A stretch of DNA of 55,881 bases, taken from positions 1 to 55,881 of the forward strand of contig CALEZK010000602.1 in NCBI GenBank assembly GCA_937928585.1, in the 5' to 3' direction. Each line of letters starts with the position of its first letter. The stretch's first letter is position 1. The translations under genes were made by a program, and so were the position numbers. Of the stretch, positions 33,577 to 43,754 are shown one piece after another. Source of the DNA: an uncultured bacterium. Its GTDB lineage: Bacteria; Hydrogenedentota; Hydrogenedentia; Hydrogenedentales; SLHB01. The notes under the pieces were generated by a model, which had not been told where the DNA came from, did no database searches, and worked only from the letters and a program-made list of their open reading frames with translations.

Positions 33577-35916
33577 ATGCTTACGGTGATGCTGGCTATG
33601 CTTGGGACGGCGATTCAAACGCCCACGGTGATTTGGGCGGATGCATTCGAGGCGCGCGAGCGTGGCGTGGAATCCGCGGAGTCGCGCGCATACCACGTCT
33701 GGACGTGGGCGAACTACGCGACGGCGGCGGAGATTACGGTGGGCACCGAGACGCTTATCGTCGCAGCGGATCCCGCGGCGACCGGCTTTCAATGGAAACG
33801 GGCGGGCACGGTGACGCTCCCGCAAGGTCGCGCGGGTGTCACGGTCTCCGAGAATGTCGCGACGATTGTACTGGCTGTCTCCGATGGCTATGACCCGGCG
33901 AAGGCTGCATCGGACATGCGTGTGAGCGATCAGCCCACGGCGATTGGCGATGGCCGCGCGATTCTCGATCGCGACACCAACACGCTGTATTCCATGACGA
34001 AGTTTTCGGACAAGGCATCGTGGGAGCAATTCTCCGAACCTCTTCGCGAGAAGTTTCTTGTCGCATGCGGCCTGTGGCCAATGCCCGAACGCACCCCACT
34101 GAATGCAAAGATAACGGAAGTCGCGCGTCATACGGATTACATCGTCGAGAAAGTTTCGTTCGAGGCGTACCCAGGGTTTCTGGTGACAGGCAATCTGTAT
34201 CGTCCCGTCGGCGATGGGCCATACCCCGGCGTGATCAATCCGCATGGGCACTGGACGAATGGCCGATTCGAAGATACCGAACTGTGTTCGGTGGCAGGGC
34301 GCTGCATCACGTTTGCGCGCATGGGCATGGCCGCATTCACGTACGATATGGTTGGCTACAATGACAGCCGTCAGTTTCCGAAGGGTTGGGGGCATTCCGG
34401 CGGCAACGTGAGCGAAGACGTGCGCAAACGCGAGGCGCTGTGGGGGATTCATCCTTTCGCGATGCAATTGTGGTCGGCGGTGCGCGCTTTGGATTTCATG
34501 GAGTCGCTTCCGTATGTCGATAAAGACAATCTTGCATGCACGGGCGCATCCGGTGGCGGCACGCAAACGTTTGCGTTGTGCGCCATCGATCAGCGGGTGA
34601 AGGTTTCCGCGCCCGTCAACATGATCTCGCACTCGATGCAAGGCGGCTGCCCGTGCGAGAACGCGCCGATCATCCGGTTGAACGCATCGAACATGGAGAT
34701 AGGCGCGTTAATGGCGCCGCGCCCGATGATGATGATTTCCGCAACCGGCGACTGGACACGCGCTACACCAACCGTGGAGTATCCCGCCATCAAGGGTGTC
34801 TATTCGCTGTACGATGCCGCGGACAAGGTCGAGAGCGTGCAGATCGACGCGGGGCACAATTACAACAAAGCGAGTCGTGAAGGGGTCTATCGCTTTTTTG
34901 GAAAGCATGTGCTCGGAAGCGATGCTTTTGCCGAATATACGGAACCGCCGTTTACGTTGGAACCGATTGATTCGCTGAAGGTGTTTCCGGGTGAAGACCC
35001 GCCAGCGGGATATCCAAACTATGAGCAACTCGTAGCGTCAATCATCGGATCGACGCGCGCAAAGTGGAATCAGTCCCTGCCGAAAGATGCGGCGTCGGAG
35101 CTCGACGCGTTTCGCAGCCGGTCCGTTCCGGCACTGAAGCATGCCATGGGACTCGTTGTGCCCACAGCGGGAACACTGAATGTGCGGGCGCTGGGTACCG
35201 AAAATCGCGGCACATACTCGATAACGCGAATTCGCGTCGGGAACAGTGGGAAGAAGGACGCGGTGCCGGTGTTGCTGTATTCGCCCGCAACCAAGGCATT
35301 GAAGGGTACGGTCGTAATTGCGCATGGGCAGGGCAAGGCCGCGCTTGCGGACATTGAGAACGGCGGGCCAGGACCGCTTATCAACGCGTTGATCGCGAAC
35401 GGGCGCGCGGTGATGACGTTCGATGCGTTCCTCACAGGCGAGCATCATGCCGCGATGAAGCGGACAGAACGATTGAACAAAAGTTTTCCGGATACATTTC
35501 TGCCCACGGACACTGCCTATCGCGTACAGGATGTGTTAACCGTACTTGCGCTCGCGCGGACCTCGGAGTACGCGCGCGGGCCGGTTGCCGTATTGGGAAT
35601 CGGCGACGCGGGCTTGTGGTCGCTGTTTGCTGCCGCAGTCGATGGCGAAGTCTCACACACGCTCATCGACGCCAACCAATTCGATCCCAACGACGATACC
35701 GCTTGGGCGGGCAAAGCCTACATACCGTCCATTCGATCGCTGGGCGACGTTGTCACTGCATCTGCATTGGTCTCGCGCCAGACCTTGAAACTCTTCAACG
35801 GTGAGGCGTGGGGCGATGCGGTGTCGGTGTATGCGACGCTTGCGGGCAAGACGGCGGACGCAGTGCAGGTCGGCGGCGGCGTGACGCCCGACGCGGTCAT
35901 CACCGCGTTGCAGTAG
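33577..35916 (+). CDS. alpha/beta-hydrolase family protein (acetyl-xylan-esterase/dienelactone-hydrolase-like)
   Basis: The signal-like N-terminus reads MLTVMLAMLGTAIQ. The nucleophile elbow is GASGGG. The sequence is typical of large secreted alpha/beta hydrolases, with a second alpha/beta-like C-terminal region. Confidence 0.6.
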   Translation: MLTVMLAMLGTAIQTPTVIWADAFEARERGVESAESRAYHVWTWANYATAAEITVGTETLIVAADPAATGFQWKRAGTVTLPQGRAGVTVSENVATIVLAVSDGYDPAKAASDMRVSDQPTAIGDGRAILDRDTNTLYSMTKFSDKASWEQFSEPLREKFLVACGLWPMPERTPLNAKITEVARHTDYIVEKVSFEAYPGFLVTGNLYRPVGDGPYPGVINPHGHWTNGRFEDTELCSVAGRCITFARMGMAAFTYDMVGYNDSRQFPKGWGHSGGNVSEDVRKREALWGIHPFAMQLWSAVRALDFMESLPYVDKDNLACTGASGGGTQTFALCAIDQRVKVSAPVNMISHSMQGGCPCENAPIIRLNASNMEIGALMAPRPMMMISATGDWTRATPTVEYPAIKGVYSLYDAADKVESVQIDAGHNYNKASREGVYRFFGKHVLGSDAFAEYTEPPFTLEPIDSLKVFPGEDPPAGYPNYEQLVASIIGSTRAKWNQSLPKDAASELDAFRSRSVPALKHAMGLVVPTAGTLNVRALGTENRGTYSITRIRVGNSGKKDAVPVLLYSPATKALKGTVVIAHGQGKAALADIENGGPGPLINALIANGRAVMTFDAFLTGEHHAAMKRTERLNKSFPDTFLPTDTAYRVQDVLTVLALARTSEYARGPVAVLGIGDAGLWSLFAAAVDGEVSHTLIDANQFDPNDDTAWAGKAYIPSIRSLGDVVTASALVSRQTLKLFNGEAWGDAVSVYATLAGKTADAVQVGGGVTPDAVITALQ

Positions 35917-35933
35917 CGGCGGGGGTGCCGGAT

Positions 35934-36815
35934 ATGTCTGAGGTGACGCCGCGCGACACATTATTGCATGTGGCCGATCTGCATTTTTGGCACGTCACCT
36001 GGAATCCGCTGCAGCTTCTAAACAAGCGCGCGCTGGGCAATGCCAACGTATTCTTTCGGCGTGCGCGGCATTTTGCGATGGATCGCGCGGCCTCATTTGT
36101 CGATACGCTGGATGCCGCCGGCCCAAAGACCATGCTGTTCACCGGCGATTTCAGTTCGACATCGCTGGATGCGGAGTTTGTGCGGGCGCGGCAGTTTGTA
36201 GACGCAGTGCACGCGCGTGGATTCGATATTCACCTGTTGCCCGGCAACCACGATGTCTACACCTTTGGCTCTCAACGCACGCGGCGATTCGAACATCATT
36301 TTGCACCCTATCTACATGCCGACGGATGCCCCGCGCGGGTAACGTTGCCGGGCGGCACGCCGATGATTCTCGTGCCGACGGTGTGCGCGAACTGGCTGTC
36401 ATCGCGCGGGCGCATCTCCGACGAGGAAATCGCGCAAGTGCGCGCCCTCGTGGACGCGACGGAAGGTCCAATAATTGTTGCGGGCCATTATCCGGTCCTT
36501 GCGCGCACGGTCGCGTACGAACTGACACCGCAGCGGCAGTTGCGCAACGCCACCGCACTGCACGATGCGCTGGGCGAATCGGGTAAGGAGATTCTGTATA
36601 TCGCGGGGCACGTGCACCGGTTCAGTTATGGGCGCGATCCGCGCCACAGGAACTTGACCCACCTCACCACAGGCACTTTTTTTGGTCACAACGCCGCGGA
36701 GGGGTTGTCGGGAGAGTTTTGCGAAGTGCGCGTAAACCCGACGGGCTTTTCGGTGATTCGCCATACGTTCGATGGCGCCTGGCGCGCGATTGCGGTCGAC
36801 GCGAAGGAACATTGA
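35934..36815 (+). CDS. calcineurin-like metallophosphoesterase
   Basis: I place the start at MSEVTPRD (ATG 35934). Motifs are HVADLHF, TGDFS, LLPGNHD, AGHYP and IAGHVHR. Confidence 0.8.
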   Translation: MSEVTPRDTLLHVADLHFWHVTWNPLQLLNKRALGNANVFFRRARHFAMDRAASFVDTLDAAGPKTMLFTGDFSSTSLDAEFVRARQFVDAVHARGFDIHLLPGNHDVYTFGSQRTRRFEHHFAPYLHADGCPARVTLPGGTPMILVPTVCANWLSSRGRISDEEIAQVRALVDATEGPIIVAGHYPVLARTVAYELTPQRQLRNATALHDALGESGKEILYIAGHVHRFSYGRDPRHRNLTHLTTGTFFGHNAAEGLSGEFCEVRVNPTGFSVIRHTFDGAWRAIAVDAKEH

Positions 36816-36857
36816 CGCCGGACTTCGGACTCGGTTTGCGGCTCGGGTCGGTTTGCC

Positions 36858-37217
36858 ATGCAACTTCACGAGGCGTTGTGCTACGATATCCAAATGCCGG
36901 ACTCGCGTGCGGCGCGTCGTGCGCGCCTTATCTTGCACATGGACAAAGACCGCGTCGGGATGTTGTCCGGCGCGTTCTTTGGCTTGATCGTGCTTATAAT
37001 TTGTGTCGTGTGGACCGGCGCGGACGCTTTGGAGATCGTGTTTCGCGTGGGGCTGACGTTTATCGTCTCCTACGTGGCCGCGTTTTTCTTGGTGCATGTA
37101 TTTCAGCAAGTCGCTGGGCCGGAGTTGAAGCCCAAGCGCAATTTGCGTCTGGGTCCGCCAGGGGCCGATGAAAAGGCCCAACCCGACGCGACCCCTCCAG
37201 GAGAAGAACAACAATGA
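36858..37217 (+). CDS. small membrane protein; start codon uncertain
   Basis: Two hydrophobic helices are present (GAFFGLIVLIICVVW and LTFIVSYVAAFFLVHVF). The stop overlaps the next gene's ATG (ATGA). No clear SD precedes any candidate start. Confidence 0.4.
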   Translation: MQLHEALCYDIQMPDSRAARRARLILHMDKDRVGMLSGAFFGLIVLIICVVWTGADALEIVFRVGLTFIVSYVAAFFLVHVFQQVAGPELKPKRNLRLGPPGADEKAQPDATPPGEEQQ

Positions 37218-38344
37218 GAATGTGCGGGTTTTATTTAGCTGTCCTTGTCGTGGTTTCGTGCGGTGCGCTTGCGCAGGCGCCGGACCTCAGCAAGATGGAC
37301 GTGGTGCTTAAGGCAGTGCCGGATGGGCCGGTGGCCGTCGTCAACGGCCAGCCGATTCCCGCCCGCGTTTTTCGTGATTTATACATGGGCGAGGTTATCC
37401 GGTGGGCAGCCACCAACCAGAGCCGGGACGTGCCGGACGACGACCGCCTCGGGATAGCCATTCATTCGTTGCGGGTGCTGGTGGAGCGGGAAGTTCTATA
37501 CCAGGAGGCCCAGAAACGGAATATTTCGGTTTCCGACGCAGATTTGCAGGCAAAGTGGAAATCAGAGTTTGAGGACCTGCGCAAGCGCGTGTCCAAAGAG
37601 GGAGAGGCCCCACTGACCGAGGCGCAGGTGTTGGAACGCGCCAACACGGACCGCAACGAAGCCCTTTCCGAACTTCGCAAGGCCATGATGGTCGATCTCG
37701 TTCGTCAGGCGTTGATCAAGGAAAAAGGGGTCACTGTTTCTGACGCGGAAGTGTCGGCATGGTTCAACGAGAACCGCAAATCGACCAGCCGCCCGGACAT
37801 GCTCCACCTGAAGCAAATCTATTTCAAAGCGGACAAGACGGCGACGCCAAAGCAGAAGGACGCGGCACGCGCGAAGGCAAACACGGCCCTTGAACGTATC
37901 AAGTCCGGTCAGAGTTTCGAGGGCATCGCGCGGGACATGTCGGAGGGGCAGTATAAGGACAACGGCGGAGAATGGCCGGTGATGCCATCGTCGGAGTTTC
38001 CACCATTCATCCTGAATGCGGTGAATACGATGAAGCCGAACGATATCAGCCCCGTTATCGAAAGCGAGGTGGGGTTCCATATCCTGAAGCTGATCGAAGT
38101 AATCCCCGGGCAGGAGGGTTCGCTGGAAAAAGCCGCGCCGCGAATCAAGGAGATGCTCATCGCGCAGAAGGGTGCGCGCGTGGTCAGCGAATTTTGTGGC
38201 GCGACTACGGGTGACCCAAACAAGGTGCGCGTCTATCTGGACCTGGAGAAGCAACTCCAGTTGCGGCCGGATCTCGTCAAAAAGATCAACGTAAATCCGC
38301 AAGGCGCGGCGGCAACGCAGCCTGGAGCACCGCCGAAGCGATAA
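37214..38344 (+). CDS. SurA/PrsA-like parvulin-type peptidyl-prolyl cis-trans isomerase
   Basis: A signal peptide is followed by a chaperone-like N-domain. The parvulin domain reads LHLKQIYF...GQSFEGIARDMSEG...VIESEVGFHILKLIEV. Confidence 0.8.
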   Translation: MRMCGFYLAVLVVVSCGALAQAPDLSKMDVVLKAVPDGPVAVVNGQPIPARVFRDLYMGEVIRWAATNQSRDVPDDDRLGIAIHSLRVLVEREVLYQEAQKRNISVSDADLQAKWKSEFEDLRKRVSKEGEAPLTEAQVLERANTDRNEALSELRKAMMVDLVRQALIKEKGVTVSDAEVSAWFNENRKSTSRPDMLHLKQIYFKADKTATPKQKDAARAKANTALERIKSGQSFEGIARDMSEGQYKDNGGEWPVMPSSEFPPFILNAVNTMKPNDISPVIESEVGFHILKLIEVIPGQEGSLEKAAPRIKEMLIAQKGARVVSEFCGATTGDPNKVRVYLDLEKQLQLRPDLVKKINVNPQGAAATQPGAPPKR

Positions 38345-38377
38345 GCGCCACGCTTGTGGCAATGTGAGATTCTTCCG

Positions 38378-38411
38378 CACCCCGTCACTTGTGACGGGGT
38401 GTTTCTTTTTT
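38378..38411 (+). terminator. rho-independent terminator
   Basis: CACCCCGTCAC-TT-GTGACGGGGTG (perfect 11-bp stem) is followed by TTTCTTTTTT, 34 nt after the PPIase stop. Confidence 0.75.
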
Positions 38412-38829
38412 CGAGAGGCATCAAAGTAGATTCGGCGATTCAATTCGCATCAGCTTCAGAGTGAAGCATCGGCTTTCTGTTGTTGATGCGCTGCTTCAAA
38501 ATCAATCGCCAGCAGATCAACGTACTCCGTGTTGCTGGAAGCTTGGCCGAGAATCGGCGCGCGCGATACGCAGAATTGTGCGGGGCTTATGGCTCGCCGA
38601 GCTTGTGCTGCAGCGTGAAAAGTAGCCTGTAAACACGATGTGATATGCTGATCTCCCGTCGCTCTACTTGACAGGAAATGCCCTGGCGCGATCTCGTCGC
38701 GCAATCTCGAAAGTTGCATTGAAACAGCTTCGCCAGACGCCCTGAGTTTTCGTCGACCTTGTGTATTCTGTTTTGTCCTTTGGACGCGAAACAGTTTGTT
38801 ACGGGCTTCAACCTGACTTCAGATTTGCC

Positions 38830-39168
38830 TCATGCCCGCGCGGTACCGTGGGCGCGCTCGACGCGCGCGATCCGGATCTCGAAGCGCGTGTACCAATTCC
38901 GTTTGCCTTCCTCCTGCGCGAGCTGATGTTCGGCGTTTGCGCGCCAGGCGGCGATGGCCTCCAGGGAATCCCAGTAGGACACGGTGATGCCAAAGCCGTC
39001 CGCCCGACGGGCGCTTTCGATGCCGAGGTAACCGGGCTGTTCCGCGGCCAGTTCCTCCATTCGCGCGGCCATCGCGGTGTAGCCGTTGTCGCCCTCGGCG
39101 CGTTGGGCGGAGAAAATGACGGCGTAGTACGGCGGGTTAGGGGTTTCGGCGAAGGATGCCTCGTTCAT
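38830..39168 (-). CDS. antibiotic-biosynthesis-monooxygenase (ABM) domain protein
   Basis: YYAVIFSAQR...GYLGIESAR...ITVSYWDSLEAIAAWRANAEH is the classic ABM ferredoxin-like pattern. Confidence 0.75.
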   Translation of the reverse strand: MNEASFAETPNPPYYAVIFSAQRAEGDNGYTAMAARMEELAAEQPGYLGIESARRADGFGITVSYWDSLEAIAAWRANAEHQLAQEEGKRNWYTRFEIRIARVERAHGTARA

Positions 39169-39355
39169 GCGGGATTTCGTCCTTGTGTTGTGTCTGGCCC
39201 AGACTGGGTAGTTGTAGTCGATTTGGGTATGTCAGGGAAAGCGCAAAGTGCCGGACTTTAGGGACCCACGCCCAGCCTTGGAACCGCGCCGGTGGGTACA
39301 ATTTACTTGACGCCTTGCCTTGAATGTTTTATGCGCAGATCAGTATGCTCAACGC

Positions 39356-39895
39356 ATGCCTAGGAACACTCCGCTGCGGAATCGTGTGAAGGAGCTGCGC
39401 GAGCGGCTGGACATCCGTCAGTCTGCGCTGGCTCGTGATGTCGGCATCACGCGGCAAACGATAATCGCCATCGAAAAGGGCCGTCTGAATCCTTCGATTC
39501 TCATCAGCCTGAAGATTGCCAAATTGCTGCGTGAACCGGTGGACTATATCTTTTACCTTGAGCCGGGGTTTGACTACGCCGCCGAAGCGGAGGCTAACGC
39601 GCTTCGCCCGAAGCGGGGACGGAAGAAACGCGTGCCCGCACCGGCCACTCCGGGGTCGGCTGCGCCGGTGGCCACAGTAAATCCCCCGTATGCTCCTGCC
39701 CCGACGTTCGAAGCCGAGCGTGATGCCGCCGGGGATTACGACGAGGGGGAGGATGAGGTCTCAGAAGCGGAAGCAGAGGAGATTGAGCTGGTCGAATCCG
39801 CTCCGGAACCCGCTGCCCCTGAAAAGCACAAGGAATCCGGCGAAGGAAAATCGGACGACCCGAAGGGCGGCCAAGCGATCTGGGATTTCTTCTAG
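39356..39895 (+). CDS. XRE-family HTH regulator with a long acidic, Pro/Ala-rich C-terminal tail
   Basis: I place the start at [16 protein letters not shown]. The HTH reads [28 protein letters not shown]. About 110 low-complexity residues follow. Confidence 0.7.
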   Translation: MPRNTPLRNRVKELRERLDIRQSALARDVGITRQTIIAIEKGRLNPSILISLKIAKLLREPVDYIFYLEPGFDYAAEAEANALRPKRGRKKRVPAPATPGSAAPVATVNPPYAPAPTFEAERDAAGDYDEGEDEVSEAEAEEIELVESAPEPAAPEKHKESGEGKSDDPKGGQAIWDFF

Positions 39896-39942
39896 CCTCT
39901 ACCCGCGCGGGACTTCGCGCCCGCCGTTCTGGAGTTTTAACC

Positions 39943-40476
39943 ATGGAAAATCTGCACGCAACGACGGTGCTCGGCGTACGCCGGGACGGCAAGGTCGCCC
40001 TTGGCGGAGACGGCCAGGTGACGATGGGCAACACGGTGATGAAACGTAATGCCACGAAGGTTCGCCGGTTGGCTGATGGGCGCGTGCTGGCTGGTTTTGC
40101 GGGATCGGTGTCGGACGCATTCACGCTGTTTGACAAATTCGAGGCAAAACTCAACGAGTACAACAAGAACATGCTGCGCGCCGCGGTCGAACTGGGCAAG
40201 GAATGGCGCACGGACAAATATCTGCGCAATCTTGAGGCACTGCTGGCCGTGAGCGATGCGGAGACTTCGCTCATCGTCGCGGGGAGTGGCGAGATTATCG
40301 AGCCGGAAGACGGCATCCTCGCGATTGGCTCGGGCGGACCGTTTGCATTGGCGGCGGCGCGCGCCTTGATAAAGCACACGTCGCTCGACGCCGAAAGCAT
40401 TGTGCGCGAGAGTCTGGTGACCGCGGCGGAGATCTGCATCTACACGAATCTGAATATTACGGTCGAAACACTGTAG
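39943..40476 (+). CDS. hslV: ATP-dependent protease subunit HslV
   Basis: [21 protein letters not shown] places the N-terminal Thr nucleophile after the propeptide. [13 protein letters not shown] and LAIGSGG are also present. Confidence 0.9.
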   Translation: MENLHATTVLGVRRDGKVALGGDGQVTMGNTVMKRNATKVRRLADGRVLAGFAGSVSDAFTLFDKFEAKLNEYNKNMLRAAVELGKEWRTDKYLRNLEALLAVSDAETSLIVAGSGEIIEPEDGILAIGSGGPFALAAARALIKHTSLDAESIVRESLVTAAEICIYTNLNITVETL

Positions 40477-40515
40477 TTCCGTCAGCACACGCACGGAGAA
40501 GGTCGCGGTCGGTTT

Positions 40516-41556
40516 ATGCAAGCTTGCGTTCTACATGCGGTTGGCGATCTTCGCTGTGAGCAACTCCCTGATCCCGCGCCGAGAGCTGGTGAAGTGCTGG
40601 TGCGGGTGGCTGCCTGCGGTGTCTGCGGGTCGGATATCCCGCGGGTGTTCAAGACGGGTACTTATCGCTTTCCGCTAATCCCCGGGCATGAGTTCGCGGG
40701 CGAGGTGGTGGCCGTTGGCGAAGGCGTTGACACATCGCTGATCGGTACGCGCGCGGCAATCTTCCCTTTGTTGCCGTGCTTCAGATGCCGCCCGTGTCTC
40801 ATCGGCAATTACGCGATGTGTACGGACTATGACTATCTGGGTTCGCGCTCCAACGGTGCATTCGCGGAATACGTCTGCGCACCGGTATGGAATGTATTGC
40901 CGGTGCACGGCGCGCTATCGCTGGAAGAGGCGGCGATGACTGAGCCTGCGGCGGTAGCGTTGCACGCGCTTCGGCAGGGCAAGGTCGCGGAATCGGATCA
41001 TGTGCTGATCTTTGGCGCGGGGCCGATTGGATTGCTGGTCGCGATGTGGGCGCGCGCGTTGCACGCCGCGTCGGTGAGCATCGTCGATATCGACGCGGAG
41101 AAACTGTCCTTCGCGCGCGCGCAGGGGTTCGAGCAAACGTTCAACGCCCGCGACGTGAATGTTGTCGACCGATTCAAATCGCTGGAAGACGGCGGCGCAT
41201 CGCTGGTGATTGAAGCATCCGGAAGCAGCGTCGCGTTTGAGCAGTGCATGCACACCGCTGCGCGGTTGGGGCGCGTCGTGCTCCTTGGGAATCCGGAAGG
41301 CGGCATGCAACTGACGAAGGAAGGGTACTGGGCAATCCTTCGCAAACAGTTGACCATAACGGGATCGTGGAACTCGTCATACAATCCGTCGGGCCGCGAC
41401 GATTGGCGCATGTGCCTGGACTATATGGCGAACGGACGCCTGAACGTAAAACCGCTGATTACCCACCGCGTGGATCTGCCGGGTTTGCTGGATGCAATGA
41501 CGATGATCCGGGAACGGAAGTCGTTTTCGAATAAGGTGCTGTTTGTGAACGAATGA
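40516..41556 (+). CDS. zinc-dependent medium-chain alcohol/polyol dehydrogenase
   Basis: Motifs are CGVCGSD, GHEFAGEV, a structural-Zn Cys cluster (CFRCRPCLIGNYAMC), and the Rossmann motif GAGPIG. Confidence 0.85.
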   Translation: MQACVLHAVGDLRCEQLPDPAPRAGEVLVRVAACGVCGSDIPRVFKTGTYRFPLIPGHEFAGEVVAVGEGVDTSLIGTRAAIFPLLPCFRCRPCLIGNYAMCTDYDYLGSRSNGAFAEYVCAPVWNVLPVHGALSLEEAAMTEPAAVALHALRQGKVAESDHVLIFGAGPIGLLVAMWARALHAASVSIVDIDAEKLSFARAQGFEQTFNARDVNVVDRFKSLEDGGASLVIEASGSSVAFEQCMHTAARLGRVVLLGNPEGGMQLTKEGYWAILRKQLTITGSWNSSYNPSGRDDWRMCLDYMANGRLNVKPLITHRVDLPGLLDAMTMIRERKSFSNKVLFVNE

Positions 41557-41559
41557 GCG

Positions 41560-41578
41560 GCCGATCCGGCTTTTTTTT
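41560..41578 (+). terminator. weak terminator-like hairpin plus T8 tract
   Basis: GCCG-ATC-CGGC is followed by TTTTTTTT, directly after the dehydrogenase stop. The stem is only 4 bp. Confidence 0.3.
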
Positions 41579-41585
41579 CCGCCTA

Positions 41586-42737
41586 TTAGCTCAAACGATT
41601 CTTGTAGTCCTCATACCCAAAGGTGCGCACGATCTTTGTGTGGCCCGTGTCCGGCGAGTAAATGCCTATTGATGGGAGGCGCACGCCGTTAAACGTTGTG
41701 TTTTTCACCATGGTGTAGTGCGCCATGTCGAGGAAGACGAGCTTGTCGCCGATGCGTATTTCCTGCGGGAACGAATAATCGCCGATGACGTCGCCTGCGA
41801 GGCAGGTGAGGCCTCCGAGCCGATACGTGTGCGCGAATTCGCCGGGCATGCCCGCGCCGATGATCTGCGGGCGATAGGGCATTTCGAGCACGTCGGGCAT
41901 GTGCGCGGTGGCGGAGGTGTCGAGAATGGCGATATCCATGCCGTTGTTGAAAATATCGAGCACGGACGTTACGAGCACGCCGGTGTTGAGTCCGATGGCT
42001 TCGCCGGGTTCGAGGTACACGTCCACGCCGTAACGCGCGCGAAACTCGGACACGAGGCGCACGAGCAGATCTTTGTCGTAGTCTTCGCGGGTGATGTGGT
42101 GGCCGCCGCCGAAGTTGACCCATTTCATTTCGCGCAGGTATTCGCCGAATTTTTCTTCCACGGCTTTTAGCGTGCGCTGGAGGGAATCCGAATTGAGCTC
42201 GCACAGCGTGTGGAAGTGCAGCCCTTCGAGGCCGTCAATGGACTCATTCTCGAAATGCGCGCGCGTCATGCCCAAGCGTGAGCATGGCGCGCAGGGGTCG
42301 TAGAGCGCGACTTTTACTTCGCTGTGTTCGGGGTTGATGCGCAATGCGCAGGAGACTTTACGCTCGGATTTGCCCACCAGACCCTTGTAGCGTTTCCATT
42401 GGTTGAACGAGTTGAACGTGATGTGGTCCGCCAACGGAATGATCTCGCGCATTTCGTCTTCGCTGTACGCCGGTGCGTACACGTGGACTTGGCCGCCAAA
42501 CTCGAGCCGGCCCAGCTTTGCCTCCGCCACGGAGCTTGCAGTGGTGCCGCGCAAGTACTGTTTCACGATGGGAAAAGTGCTCCACATCGCGAAGCCCTTC
42601 AGCGCGAGAATAATCGTGCACCCCGCACGGTCCTGCACCTCCGCGAGGACTTCAAGATTGCGGCGCAGCGCCGATTCGTCCACGACGTACGCGGGTGTGG
42701 GAACATCCATGACGGGTATGTTTGGATAGGTTGGCAT
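41586..42737 (-). CDS. nspC: carboxynorspermidine/carboxyspermidine decarboxylase
   Basis: It has the typical NspC N-terminus (TPAYVVDESALRRNLEVL), the PLP-fold motif ILALKGF, and the length expected for NspC. Confidence 0.85.
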   Translation of the reverse strand: MPTYPNIPVMDVPTPAYVVDESALRRNLEVLAEVQDRAGCTIILALKGFAMWSTFPIVKQYLRGTTASSVAEAKLGRLEFGGQVHVYAPAYSEDEMREIIPLADHITFNSFNQWKRYKGLVGKSERKVSCALRINPEHSEVKVALYDPCAPCSRLGMTRAHFENESIDGLEGLHFHTLCELNSDSLQRTLKAVEEKFGEYLREMKWVNFGGGHHITREDYDKDLLVRLVSEFRARYGVDVYLEPGEAIGLNTGVLVTSVLDIFNNGMDIAILDTSATAHMPDVLEMPYRPQIIGAGMPGEFAHTYRLGGLTCLAGDVIGDYSFPQEIRIGDKLVFLDMAHYTMVKNTTFNGVRLPSIGIYSPDTGHTKIVRTFGYEDYKNRLS

Positions 42738-43486
42738 TAGTTTGTAGGTTCCTGTTCGCGGCTTATTTCAGGTCGTTTTTCTTTGGCATTTCTGCGTATG
42801 GATAGGTAGACGAAGACTATGTACGCGGCTCCCAGCAAAAGAAATGCTGGGCCGGCAATCGATTGAACCGTTCTCGCCGTCTTTTCCATTTCCAATTGCA
42901 CTGCGGTCAGGTTCTGGACGCCCGACATTCCACGCATGATGGAAATCGAAAAGAGCGTATTCAGTGAAATCACGTTGGCGATGATGGTAATGGGAAGTAA
43001 TGCCGCGACGATTGTTCGAGGCCAACTCAACTCGCCCAATCTGCGGATGAAGAAGAACAACAATGCTACGCGCCACGCTGCGACAAAAGTCAGGAAACCA
43101 AGGTTTGTGTGACCGGATGCACGTGGCTCCAGGAACCACTCTACCGGAATGGCATACACGAGTCCCGGTGTGGCGGTCATGCAGACACAAACCAGGACAC
43201 GGACATAGTTCCAGTTTTTGGGGCGTAGCGGCCAAATTATCAGCCAAAGGTAGAGTGAAAGTGCAAACACAGATACCAAGGAACCGAGGCCCAAAAGCTG
43301 GAAAACGTTGGTATCATCGTGGTCCCACCAGCGGCCCACCCCCACGATCCACGTAAGTGCAATTCCAAAAGCCGCATACTCCCACTTGGAATCCAATCGC
43401 AGCAGTTCTTCACGCGTTGCGCGAAAGAATAAAAAGCGAGATGCGACTCGGCACGCATCCGCAATTCGTACTTGGCTGGTAGGCAT
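42737..43486 (-). CDS. hypothetical polytopic membrane protein (Yip1-like topology), translationally coupled to nspC
   Basis: 249-aa ORF with 5-6 hydrophobic segments. Its TAA shares one base with the nspC ATG (TAATG). Its GC is lower than that of its neighbours. Confidence 0.5.
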   Translation of the reverse strand: MPTSQVRIADACRVASRFLFFRATREELLRLDSKWEYAAFGIALTWIVGVGRWWDHDDTNVFQLLGLGSLVSVFALSLYLWLIIWPLRPKNWNYVRVLVCVCMTATPGLVYAIPVEWFLEPRASGHTNLGFLTFVAAWRVALLFFFIRRLGELSWPRTIVAALLPITIIANVISLNTLFSISIMRGMSGVQNLTAVQLEMEKTARTVQSIAGPAFLLLGAAYIVFVYLSIRRNAKEKRPEISREQEPTN

Positions 43487-43493
43487 CGGCAGA

Positions 43494-43754
43494 TTAGTTT
43501 CTGTAAATGTCGCTTCGATGACCTACAGAGAAAACTCGTACAACCTTGTTGCCATCGTGTATTTCGTACACAACGCGATAGTCGCCAAGTCGAACTCTCC
43601 AAAAGCCATCACGCCCCGCCATTTTTGCCGCTCCAGGTGGTCGTGGGTCCGCCGAAAGCATGCCGATCATGCTATTTATCCGGCGACGAATATCGGCAGG
43701 AATCTTGTTAAGCTCTCGCAACGCGGCCGGGCGATACTTGATCTCGTACGCCAC
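43494..43754 (-). CDS. RelE/ParE-family type II toxin
   Basis: The sequence YEIKYRPAALRELNKIP...FWRVRLGDYRVVYEIHDGNKVVRVFSVGHRSDIY is the canonical RelE/StbE pattern. Confidence 0.8.
   Translation of the reverse strand: MAYEIKYRPAALRELNKIPADIRRRINSMIGMLSADPRPPGAAKMAGRDGFWRVRLGDYRVVYEIHDGNKVVRVFSVGHRSDIYRN

Noticed and set aside
33535-34641. 368-aa ORF antisense to the alpha/beta hydrolase, representing the many similar long antisense ORFs on the track (for example 17975-18601, 18661-19491, 19620-20414, 28892-29635, 31343-32098, 37562-38443, 39594-40439, 43308-44102, 45989-46960, 47060-47713, 51545-52312, 52960-53787 and 54188-54862)
   Set aside because: All of them lie opposite genes with recognisable motifs and have the Arg/His/Pro-rich composition of non-coding frames in GC-rich DNA.
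38412-38829. 87-aa and 74-aa minus-strand ORFs in the gap of about 420 nt between the PPIase terminator and the ABM gene
   Set aside because: They have no SD, no recognisable motifs, and overlap each other in alternative frames. I cannot support a gene call. The region may simply be intergenic or hold an unrecognised small RNA.
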